This document shows, piece by piece, positions 1-9,735 of a stretch of 64,000 nucleotides of DNA. The translations under genes were made by a program, and so were the position numbers. Source of the stretch: Eledone cirrhosa (taxonomy: Eukaryota); the NCBI GenBank assembly GCA_964016885.1, contig OZ024741.1, positions 397,792,001 through 397,856,000 of the forward strand, written 5' to 3'. The notes under the pieces were generated by a model. That model did no database searches. It was not told the DNA's origin and saw nothing but the letters and a program-made list of their open reading frames with translations. The stretch's first letter is position 1, and each line of letters starts with the position of its first letter.

Positions 1-82
1 TGTAGAGTGGATATTTTGTGGTACTAACATAGTTTTTCAGAGAAAGGCTGGTGTGGGTGGAAGTGAGAGGAGGGAGTAGGGG

Positions 83-168
83 TAGTGGGGTGGGATGTAT
101 ATTTGGTTAAGAGGTGCCTACTGACTAGGTTTAACTACTCTTAACCAAATATACACCCCAACCCACTA
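83..168. repeat. Inverted repeat / hairpin, 31-bp arms
   Basis: tagtggggtgggatgtatatttggttaagag (83-113) pairs with ctcttaaccaaatatacaccccaacccacta (138-168), 29/31 identical. Confidence 0.8.
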
Positions 169-185
169 TATATATATATGTGTGT

Positions 186-335
186 TTGGTGTTAGGAAGG
201 GCATCCAGCCATAGAAAACCTGCCAGATAGTCCTATAGGAGCGAGACACGGTCTCCCAACCAATCTTGCCTCAAGTGGGACAACTCCTGTCTAACCCATG
301 CTAGCGTGGAAGATAGATGTTAAACGATGATGAGG
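186..335 (+). mobile_element. RTE-LINE 3' tail fragment (or SINE tail)
   Basis: ggtgttaggaagggcatccagcc...aacccatgctagcgtggaa...gttaaacgatgatga, homologous to the 3' UTR of the LINE at 38220-38570. Confidence 0.8.
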
Positions 336-462
336 ATTTTGATATATATATATATATCAAAATCGTCAGTGTTTCTGAGGAGGACAGCTGATTGAACAGG
401 ATTTTGAGACTAGAAATAGGTAGTAACTTAACCTCTGCCATGATAGTTGATATATATATATA

Positions 463-620
463 TAGAAGGAATTGTCGTAAGGAACGAGATGGACCATAAT
501 GCACCAGAGTACTCAATACTTAGGGTAGTAGAGTGGGTAATAAGAAAATGTTTAACCCCGACGGCAGAGCTCAAACCGTTGAAATGGCTTGAGCTCTGCC
601 GTCGGGGTCATACCTTTTCC
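463..620. repeat. Dispersed repeat with a perfect 20-bp-arm hairpin (555-608); inverted copy at 6317-6508
   Basis: accccgacggcagagctcaa ... ttgagctctgccgtcggggt. The flank matches the reverse complement of 6430-6508. Confidence 0.8.
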
Positions 621-1540
621 TATATATATATATGTATATATATATATTTGAAAAAAAGGTAGATGAGTTGATAATACAACCATATAAAGGCAAACAATAT
701 TTCAAAGCTCGAATATGATTTTTTAGTCCACAGCAAGATTGGTAAAAGACAGCTCAGAGTTTAATCCAATCAGTAAATTTCCAGTCACTGTAGTTTTGCA
801 TCACAGAACATATATATATATTTGCTTCGAAGTCGCTTGACGTATCTGAAGAACTTGCAAATTCAGAGTCAGGTTTGATCCACAAACAGATTGCACCTCG
901 AGCTGTTCACCGGAGAAACAATTGTAATGCGTTAATAAATTGTTTCGATGCATCACTGATTCTTCGTTTTCCATATTATATATATATCAGACAAGTTGTT
1001 GTTTGATGAGCCTGTGGTAAACAGGCAAAACTCCAGAGTAAACAAGACTCATTATTTAGCCTCAATATAATGACTATTAAAGCTCTACTTCGTTACTGAG
1101 TACTCCTTTTTCTCAGCTGTCAACTATAGCTATCGACTACATACGAATATGTGTGTGTGTGTGTGTGTGTGTAAGCCCAACTCTTGCTAGCAGATAAAAC
1201 AAACACAAGAAATGATTACTATGATGATGACAATGATGATGATGATATATAATATATATAAATATGTACAGGTCTGTATATACCAGTCACTGCAAATGTC
1301 AATATGACATCGTTTATTAAGAAACAAGTGGTGGCAGTCGTCTATATTCACCATAAATAACAAGTTTTACAGCCTAGCAGTTCCACAAATGTCAACAATC
1401 TATACCATACTTATTACTAATAAAGTAAGGATAGTGTTAAGAAAGGCATCCAGCTGTAGCAACCTGCCTTACAGATCTTGTCCAACCCATGCTAGGATGG
1501 AAATATATATATATATATAACCCATGCTAATGATGATGAT

Positions 1541-1604
<64 letters not shown>

Positions 1605-1654
1605 CCAATGCTAATGATGAGGATATACACACACACACACATATATATATAAGA

Positions 1655-1980
1655 GTATAGATCCCCTTCAGTCACAAATAACCATGGAATTTGCACCTAG
1701 AAAGTTCCCTTCCGAGGCACAAGTCTTGACAAGGTTTTTTGTAGAAGACCAGCAGTCACCCATGCATATCAGTCTCTGCTCTCCATGCCACCGATGTTGT
1801 CCAAGGGAAAGGCAAAAGCTGATACAGCTTGGCACCAATGACATTGCAACTCATTTCTACAGTTGAGTGAACTGGAACAATGTGAAATAAAGTGTTTTGC
1901 TCAAGGACCTAACGCATCACCTAGTAAGAGAATTGAACTCACAACCTCACAATTGTAAGCCCAATGCTGTAACCACTAAG
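1655..1980 (-). mobile_element. tRNA-head SINE
   Basis: The minus strand begins cttagtggttacagcattgggcttacaattgtgaggttgtgagttcaattc (A/B-box-like), then ccttgagcaaaacactttatttcaca, shared with copies at 3788, 7112 and 15838. Confidence 0.75.
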
Positions 1981-2185
1981 ACTTCAGAAAATCAAATAAT
2001 AATAATAATAATAATAATCCATGTGATTTACTATCTACTCCACCTTGTTAAATTGAAATCTTCTGTGGGAACTAGGCAAATTATTCCCACAATAAATCTT
2101 AATTTATTGACACCTTTCATCTTTTTATAGTTTTTTTTTTTTTATTTAATATCTATTTCAAATATCTGAATCCAGTTTTAGTTTC

Positions 2186-3126
2186 ATTTTAGCTGTGTTG
2201 ATCAATTCTGGCTCAAGTCAACACTAGTTTTAGCTCTGTTGATCAATTCTGGCTCCAGTCAACACCAGTTTTAGCTCTGTTGATCAATTCTGGCTCAAGT
2301 CAACACCAGTTTTAGCTCTGTTGATCAAGTCTGGCTCCAGTCAACACCAGTTTTAGCTCTGTTGATCAATTCTGGCTCAAGTCAACACCAGTTTTAGCCC
2401 TATTGATCAATTCTGGCTCAAGTCAACACCAGTTTTAGCCCTGTTGATCAATTCTGGCTCAAGTCAACACCAGTTTTAGCTCTGTTGATCAAGTCTGGCT
2501 CCAGTCAACACCATTTTTAGCTCTGTTGATCAAGTCTGGCTCCAGTCAACACCAGTTTTAGCTTTGTTGATCAATTCTGGCTCCAGTCAACACCAGTTTT
2601 AGCTCTGTTGATCAATTCTGGCTCCAGTCAACACCAGTTTTAGCTCTGTTGATCAAGTCTGGCTCCAGTCAACACCAGTTTTAGCTCTGTTGATCAAGTC
2701 TGGCTCCAGTCAACACCAGTTTTAGCTCTGTTGATCAATTCTGGCTCAAGTCAACACCAGTTTTAGCTTTGTTGATCAAGTCTGGCTCCAGTCAACACCA
2801 GTTTTAGCTCTGTTGATCAATTCTGGCTCAAGTCAACACCAGTTTTAGCTTTGTTGATCAAGTCTGGCTCCAGTCAACACCAGTTTTAGCTCTGTTGATC
2901 AATTCTGGCTCAAGTCAACACCAGTTTTAGCTTTGTTGATCAATTCTGGCTCCAGTCAACACCAGTTTTAGCTTTGTTGATCAAGTCTGGCTCCAGTCAA
3001 CACCAGTTTTAGCTCTGTTGATCAATTCTGGCTCAAGTCAACACCAGTTTTAGCTTTGTTGATCAAGTCTGGCTCAAGTCAACACCAGTTTTAGCTTTGT
3101 TGATCAAGTCTGGATGTAGTCAACAT
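2186..3126. repeat. 41-bp minisatellite, ~23 copies
   Basis: Unit gttttagctctgttgatcaa(t/g)tctggctc(a/c)agtcaacacca; period checked at 2227 to 2268. Confidence 0.97.
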
Positions 3127-3206
3127 CATTTTAGTATATGTAGTATACATATTAAGTATATATAATATACACATTAGGTATATATAGCTTACACTAAAAG
3201 GAATAA

Positions 3207-3423
3207 GAATGGTTTCTGATATAGGCACAAGGCCAACAATTTTGTGGAGGGGAAAGTCGATTAAATCGATTCCAGTGCATTACTGGTACTTTATTTTATC
3301 AACCCTGTAAGGAGGAAAAGCAAAGCTAACATCGGCGGGATTTGAACTCAGAACATAAAGAGACATAACTCAATGCCACAAAGCATGCTGTCTGACACTC
3401 TACCAATTACTGCCAACTCTGCC
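3207..3423 (-). mobile_element. SINE family A (probably Deu/Nin-domain type)
   Basis: Reverse complement of the gagttcaaatcccgcc...ctttgcctttcatcct...gataaaataaagtaccag family, also at 13830, 19317, 31360 and 31895. Confidence 0.75.
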
Positions 3424-3787
3424 TTTCTAAAATTAACAAGAAGGATTTCTAGAATAGACAATGGCTTGATGTATGTAGAATAGGTATAGTTGATTAAATT
3501 ACCCAGGTGTATATTTGTTATGGCTTAGTCAGAAGTGTAGCCCCTATAACTATTCTAGGGTCTTTATAGGAGGAAGAGAGGAAGTTATCTCCAGTTAGGA
3601 GGCCTGAATGTTTGCAATAGTGTGGAATCTGCTAAAGACACCCAAGGGACAGCTGTTAATCTAAAAATAACAACCAATTAAGTCTATCATCCAAAAATGA
3701 AACAGCCATTCTGATGGGCTTCCACACAGTTTCTATCTACCAAATTTTTCTCTCAAGATTTTAATCAACCCAACACTGTAATGAATA

Positions 3788-4185
3788 GAGGTACATGACC
3801 TAGTGGTAAAGCTGTTGGGCTTACTATCATAACATGGTTTCAATTCCTGGGCTGGGTTGTGTGTTGTGTTCTTGAGCAAAACACTTTATTTCACGTTGCT
3901 CCAGTATACTCAGCTGAAAATGAGTACCAGCAATAGCTGGGAGTTTAATCCTGCGATGGACTGGCATCTTGTCCAGGGGGAATCTTGTACTTTCAGTTAC
4001 TTAATACCATGGAAACTGGGATAAGCACCAGCCTGTTGAGCCTCTGGGCTTGAGACAGACTTTAACTCTGTGATGGTCTGGCGTCCTATCCAGGGGGAAG
4101 TCTTGTATTCTCAGTTGCTCCAACCACAGAAACCAGGATAAGCACTGGCCTAACGAATCTTCAGGCTTGAGACAGACTGTAGCTT
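3788..4185 (+). mobile_element. tRNA-head SINE family B with duplicated ~115-bp 3' module
   Basis: gaggtacatgacctagtggtaaag head, gttcttgagcaaaacacttt core, then two copies of ctgcgatggactggc...gagacagact. Confidence 0.8.
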
Positions 4186-4346
4186 TAGCAAGGCTGTGAT
4201 AGAAGAAACTTGCTCAAGGTGCTGAGTGGCGGGCTTGAACCTGCAGCCTATGTCGTCACAAAGCAAACATTTTTATAACATAAATGTAATATAGATGATG
4301 GTGATGATGATATTTTACTTTCACACCTGTCTTTCCCTGTTCCCAG

Positions 4347-4476
4347 GTACATACAATACAATGATATGTCAGGTAATGAATCAAGGTACCCAATAGACTT
4401 TGTCCCACCAAAGCTGGAAAAGAAGAAAAAACTCCTCTTGCTCTTTGCTCGTTACATGGACGAATATCTCATTAAG
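4347..4476 (+). CDS. PLK: Polo-like kinase, internal exon (end of polo-box 1 and linker); upstream exons not found in this window
   Basis: Acceptor ctttccctgttcccag, donor AAG|gtaagt. After 1 carry-over base it reads YIQYNDMSGNESRYPIDFVPPKLEKKKKLLLLFARYMDEYLIK, aligning with PLK1 'LQYIERDGTES...LMKKITLLKYFRNYMSEHLLK'. Joins the next exon in phase 0. Not in the ORF track. Confidence 0.9.
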
Positions 4477-4480
4477 GTAA

Positions 4481-4725
4481 GTCACATGACCCATTATTAA
4501 TTTGTCACATGACCCACCCTTTTGTTCACTCACGACCCACCACTGTCTTGTCACATGACCCACCACTGCCTTGTCACATGACCCACCACTGTCTTGTCAC
4601 ATGACCCACCACTGTCTTGTCACATAACCCACCACTGCCTTGTCACATAACCCACCCTTTTGTTTAATCATGACCCACCACTATCTTGTCACATGACCCA
4701 TCAATCACACAGCTCAGTGACATGA
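4481..4725. repeat. 23-bp minisatellite carrying GTCACATGAC, starting within the splice donor
   Basis: GTCACATGAC at 4481, 4504, 4550, 4573, 4596 and 4688; variants at 4619 and 4642. Confidence 0.9.
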
Positions 4726-4744
4726 TACTTGATGTTTTCCTGTC

Positions 4745-5752
4745 AAATTACTCCAGATGTCCCTTATTATGGCAGTACACCCCACAAATCATTACAGATG
4801 TCCCCCATTACAACAGCACACTCCATACATTACTCCAGATGTCCCCATCATTGTAACACCATCCACCATCACCAGATCCCTCCAGATGTCCTCCATCATG
4901 GTAATACACTTACCAGGTCACACCAGATGTCATCCAACATGGTACCACACTCCATAGATCACACCAGATGTCCTCCATCATGGTAACACCCTCCACACTT
5001 CACACCAGATGTCCTCCATCATGGTACCACACTCCATAGATCACACCAGATGTCCTCCATCATGGTAACACCCTCCACACTTCACACCAGATGTCCTCCA
5101 TCATGGTACCACACTCCATAGATCACACCAGATGTCCTCCATCATGGTAACACCCTCCACACTTCACACCAGATGTCCTCCATCATGGTACCACACTCCA
5201 TAGATCACACCAGATGTCCTCCATCATGGTAACACCCTCCACACTTCACACCAGATGTCCTCCATCATGGTACCACACTCCATAGATCACACCAGATATC
5301 CTCCATCATGGTAACACCCTCCACACTTCACACCAGATGTCCTCCATCATGGTACCACACTCCATAGATCACACCAGATGTCCTCCATCATGGTAACACC
5401 CTCCACACTTCACACCAGATGTCTTCCATCATGGTACCACACTCCATAGATCACACCAGATGTCTTCCATCATGGTAACACCCTCCACACTTCACACCAG
5501 ATGTCCTCCATCATGGTACCACACTCCATAGATCACACCAGATGTCCTCCATCATGATAACACCCTCCACAGATCACACCAGATGTCCTCCATCATGGTA
5601 CCACACTCCATAGATCACACCAGATGTCCTCCATCATGATAACACCCTCCACAGATCACACCAGATGTCCTCCATCATGGTACCACACTCCATAGATCAC
5701 ACCAGATGTCCTCCATCATGGTAACACACTCTCCATAGATCACACCAGATGC
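4745..5752. repeat. 41-bp minisatellite with alternating A/B units (82-bp dimer), degenerate at the 5' edge
   Basis: cacaccagatgtcctccatcatggta followed alternately by ccacactccatagat or acaccctccacactt. Confidence 0.95.
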
Positions 5753-5807
5753 ACCAGTGTTTATTCTCACCACTGTTATATTGAAACTAGCTACTCCTTA
5801 CTTTCAG

Positions 5808-5927
5808 GGAGGAGAGTTCAATGATTATTCAATGTTAAATGATGTTCCAACATCAGGTTTATATTTGAAGAAATGGTTTCGTACTCCCAAAGCCATCCTC
5901 ATGTACCTCAGTAATGGCACACTACAG
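5808..5927 (+). CDS. PLK: Polo-like kinase, penultimate coding exon (start of polo-box 2)
   Basis: Acceptor cttactttcag, donor CAG|gtaagt. 120 nt, GGEFNDYSMLNDVPTSGLYLKKWFRTPKAILMYLSNGTLQ, matching PLK '[22 protein letters not shown]'. Confidence 0.93.
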
Positions 5928-5979
5928 GTAAGTGATCCCATATCACTTTTAATCTACACTTTTATATAGATAGATAGAT

Positions 5980-6116
5980 ATCATCATCATTGTTTAATGT
6001 CCATTTTCTATGCTAGCGTGGGTTAGACAGGTTGTCCCATTTGGGTTAGGTACCCATGTCTTCCTCATATAGGACTGTTTCTGACTAGGTTTCTATGGCT
6101 GGAGGCCCTTCCTAAC
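5980..6116 (-). mobile_element. RTE-LINE 3' tail fragment
   Basis: atcatcatcattgtttaatgtcc...catgctagcgtgggttagac...gcccttcctaacac. Confidence 0.75.
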
Positions 6117-6316
6117 ACACTCACACGTATATATATATATATATATATAGTAATAATAATAATAAATGCGAAGACTAAAATCCAAAGAGGGCTCGATAAG
6201 GATAAATATATATCAAATATATAAGAACCCTAGAGCAAATATTAAGGGTGAAAGCAGCGACTCTTTGCTTACACTTTAATCTGTTATTTTAATATATATA
6301 TATGTATATATATATA

Positions 6317-6507
6317 TAGGAAAAAGTATGACCTCGACAGCAGAGCTCAAGCTGTTTCAACGGCTATTTCTGTCCAGAAATAGCCGTCGAAACGGCTTAA
6401 GCTCTGCCGTCGGGGTCATACTTTTTCCTATTTCCCACTCTACTACCCTAATTATTGAGTACTCTGGTGCGTTATGGTCCATCTGGTTCCTTACCACAAT
6501 TCCTTTG

Positions 6508-6508
<1 letters not shown>
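6317..6508. repeat. Dispersed repeat with ~56-bp-arm palindrome (6317-6430)
   Basis: taggaaaaagtatgacc...ctatttctg-tc-cagaaatag...ggtcatactttttccta. Confidence 0.85.
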
Positions 6509-6541
<33 letters not shown>

Positions 6542-6595
6542 TGCCAAGACTGGAATTGAACCATCAGCACAGTTGAGGTATGTCAGACATCAATT

Positions 6596-6661
6596 TATTT
6601 TATCTGATGAGGACGTACTGATGAAATAGCTCAGTACCTCTGAAATATATATAATAAAATA
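6596..6661 (+). ncRNA. Minimal type I hammerhead ribozyme motif (Penelope-like-element type)
   Basis: Stem I TATTTTAT/ATAAAATA; core CTGATGA; stem II GGAcGTACTGA/TCAGTACcTCT; GAAA; 1-bp stem III with palindromic loop T-ATAT-A; UA cleavage site after 6653. Confidence 0.8.
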
Positions 6662-6829
6662 TATTTGATCACATGAATGTCTATATTTATTAATATTTTG
6701 AAGTAATATATATATATATATATACACACAGAGATATCCACGGTAAAAGGTAAACAGAAATAACAACACAATCGGTACAGTATATGGAAGGGATATATTA
6801 GGTTAACGCTTGATATAGCAGGAAGAGGG

Positions 6830-6865
6830 TCTTAACGTTTCGGACGCTAGTCCTTCATCAGAAGA
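6830..6865 (-). ncRNA. Minimal hammerhead ribozyme motif, antisense to the PLK gene
   Basis: Minus strand reads TCTT-CTGATGA-A-GGAC TAGC GTCC-GAAA-CG-TT-AAGA: 4-bp stem I, 4-bp stem II, palindromic ACGT in place of stem III, one extra A after the core. Confidence 0.65.
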
Positions 6866-7111
6866 AAGAATGAGATATAAAATAGATTAATGGGACGGGC
6901 GGGATGGAATTGGAAAAAATGTCTTTAGATAAAAATAATAGGTCCATTCATGTTGACATCTCTTATAAAACTGTTGGTGCTGGTGTTTTGAGTATGATTT
7001 GTTTTTTAGAAAAGTGGATGATGGCGCGCGTCTACCTGAAATGGAAAAAAAACGTTTTGTAAAAAGAGCTATACTTGAGCATGTGCGTAAGCATGAGTGT
7101 GTGTGTGTGTA

Positions 7112-7475
7112 TGAAGGTTTAGTGGTTAGTGCATTGGGCTTGCAATCGAAAGGTTGTGAGTTCAATTCTCGGACCGGGGGATGTGTTGTGTCCTTGAGCA
7201 AGACACTTTATTTCACATTGCTCCAGTTTACTCAGCTGTAGACTGGGATCCCTATCATTCCACTGCAAAGTGGTCGTGGAGGTGCCACGGCAAAAAAGCA
7301 CCCAGCACTCACTGTAAATGAGGTTGGTGTTAGGAAGGGCATCCAGCTGTAAAAATCAAGCCAGAATCAGTTCCTGTATGAGCAAGACAAGGTCAGCCGA
7401 CCAGACACAGCCCACAACAGGACAACCCGTCTAACCCATGCTAACATGGAAGAATGGACGTAAACGGTGATGATA
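7112..7475 (+). mobile_element. tRNA-head SINE ending in an RTE-LINE-derived tail
   Basis: tRNA-like head with B-box gagttcaattc, gtgtccttgagcaagacacttt core, then ggtgttaggaagggcatccagc...ggacgtaaacggtgatga. Confidence 0.75.
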
Positions 7476-7962
7476 ATATATATATAGATATATATTACCT
7501 AGAGAAAGCATCATCACACAAAATCTTGACTTTTGTTTTAGTTACAGCTCCCTACATTCCAAATTCTAATCCCGTCATGGTTAGGTTTGCTGTGAAATAA
7601 CAACCAAATCTCCCTCAAATCACAACCCAGTTTGTTGTTTTTTAAATGAAAAGGTCACATTGAATATTGAAGCTTTAGATATAATATGAAAACTAAATTG
7701 ATAGGGAGGGTCAAGAGTGGAACACCTTTGATCATAGGTCTGTTTCATCATGCGTGACTTAGGGATAAATAAAAATAGGTGACAGGTTGAATTTTGTGTA
7801 CTACTCAAATATACACTATCTGGCTACCTGGCCTCATTATCTTCTTAGTCATACATTTACTATATATATGTATATATATATATATATATATATGTATATA
7901 GAGAGAGACACAGTCACCCGACCAATCTAACCCATGCTAGCATGGAAGATAGAAGTTAAACT

Positions 7963-7994
<32 letters not shown>

Positions 7995-8540
7995 ATATAT
8001 ATATAGAGAGAGGAAGAGAGAGTGAGAGAGAGATTTTATTTGTTTTTATTCAGAATATTTAATTAGCCTTCTTTTGTTCCATTGTTCCCAAATGTTATAA
8101 AAATCAAAAGAATTGTTGAAACATTAGAGACATTAAACATTATTATGAACATTACTAGTGGAAAATATATAACTTTGTGCTGCACTTCTCCAGGTGACAC
8201 TCCAGAATGTTCTCTTGACCTAAATTTCACCTGTAAATATATCTCTTCCCTGTCTTCCTTGAATTGTCTCCCTTGTTTCTCATATCGAAAGTATTCATGT
8301 GTTACATATATATGTTGTATATATATGTATGTCTATAATAAGTAGAATGTAATAAGTGTGAAATTAGACAGACAGGAATTACAACTTTATATATATACGG
8401 GATAACAGGTTATCATTATGGCAGTCCACTTGGCACATAGTCAGGCGTATAGCGAACTCTAGACCTGCCAGATCAAAGAAACAATTGTCAGCAATGTGAA
8501 TAAAGCCCTTATTGTATAGCGAACCATGTCAATCTTCTTT

Positions 8541-8587
<47 letters not shown>

Positions 8588-8589
<2 letters not shown>

Positions 8590-8726
8590 GATAAATGGAA
8601 AAAGATGAGTATTGAATGTATCATCATCATCATCATCATCGTTTAGCGTGGAATATGGATGTTAAACGATGATGATGATGATGATGATGATGATACATTC
8701 AATACTCATCTTTTTCCATTTATCTG
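8588..8726. repeat. Long fold-back palindrome around an RTE tail remnant
   Basis: cagataaatggaaaaagatgagtattgaatgt(atc)n gttta pairs with taaac(gat)n acattcaatactcatctttttccatttatctg. Confidence 0.9.
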
Positions 8727-8862
8727 GGGGTTCTAAACCCCATTATCAGACTAAAAATTGTTTAGTCAAAAAATACGGTGAAAGCTATTCTATTTTCTAA
8801 TTTCAAACCTGCTCACTGTTTCAAAACATACTTACTTTGTCATATATATATATATATATAAT

Positions 8863-9108
8863 AAATGAGGTCGTGTAGGTGTCACGACAAAAAAACACAC
8901 AGTCCACGCTGTAATGTGGTCATGTAGGTAACACAGTAAAAACCTCCCAGTCCACACTGTAAATGTGATTGGTGTTAGGAAGGGCATCCAGCCATAGAAA
9001 ACCCGCCAGACAGTCCTGAGCGAGACAACCAATCTTGCCTCAAGTGGGACAATTCCCGTCCAGACCCATGCAAGCGTGGAAGATGGACGTTAAACGATGA
9101 TGAAGATG

Positions 9109-9110
<2 letters not shown>
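8863..9110 (+). mobile_element. 5'-truncated RTE LINE (3' UTR only), same family as 38220-40652
   Basis: Colinear with the reverse complement of 38220-38478 (aaatgag.tcgtgtaggtgtcacgacaaaaaaacacacagtccacgctgtaatgtgg...). Confidence 0.88.
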
Positions 9111-9153
<43 letters not shown>

Positions 9154-9281
9154 CATATATATATACATATATATATATGTAGGAGGTGAGTTTTATTGTA
9201 GTACAATAAAGCAATGCAGATTATGTTGATTTAAAACTGCACTATCCACAAGTGTTTTTTAGCCTTCATATCATGTTCTCC

Positions 9282-9352
9282 TGTTTTATCTGATGAAAAC
9301 ACAAATATTATTGCATGATGATGTTTGTTTTTGAAATGCGCATAATAAAATA
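9282..9352 (+). ncRNA. Minimal type I hammerhead ribozyme motif
   Basis: Stem I TGTTTTAT/ATAAAATA; CTGATGA; ~16-bp stem II AAACACAAATATTATT-GCAT-GATGATGTTTGTTTTT; GAAA; T-GCGC-A palindromic loop; UA cleavage site after 9344. Confidence 0.8.
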
Positions 9353-9406
9353 CATGGAACTCCTTTAACCATCTTTTGATCTTATATTACATATATATAT
9401 ATATAC

Positions 9407-9445
<39 letters not shown>

Positions 9446-9509
9446 TATATATATATACATATATATATATAAGATGAAGCATATAGACAATATGCCCCCA
9501 CCTCCTCCC

Positions 9510-9735
9510 ATTGCAAAGTGGACGTGTAGGCACCATGGGAAAAAGCACCCAGCACTCACTGTAAATGAGGTTGGAGTTAGGAAGGGCATCCAGCTGTAGA
9601 AATCAAGCCAGAATCAGTTCCTGTATGACCAAGACAAAGTCAGCCAACCGGACACTGCTCACAACAGGACAACCCGTCTAACCCATGCTAGCGTGGAAGA
9701 ACGGACGTAAAATGGTGATGAAGATGATGATGATA
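9510..9735 (+). mobile_element. RTE/SINE 3' tail, nearly the same as 7262-7475 and the inverted copy at 25886-26160
   Basis: aaaaagcacccagcactcactgtaaatgaggttgg...cagaatcagttcctgtatga...ggacgtaaaatggtgatga. Confidence 0.8.

Noticed and set aside
2186-3126. CRISPR-like appearance of short repeats with internal palindromes (also 24547-25211)
   Set aside because: Head-to-tail units without unique spacers, no cas genes, eukaryotic context.
1-4346. Upstream PLK exon (WVxKWVDY...YG polo-box 1 start or kinase domain)
   Set aside because: No such coding sequence found by eye; presumably upstream of the window.
6215-6270. ACCCT...AGGGT-GAAA hammerhead-like stem (similar weak cases at 23221-23260 minus strand and 26299-26360)
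   Set aside because: Core or stem I too degenerate to support.
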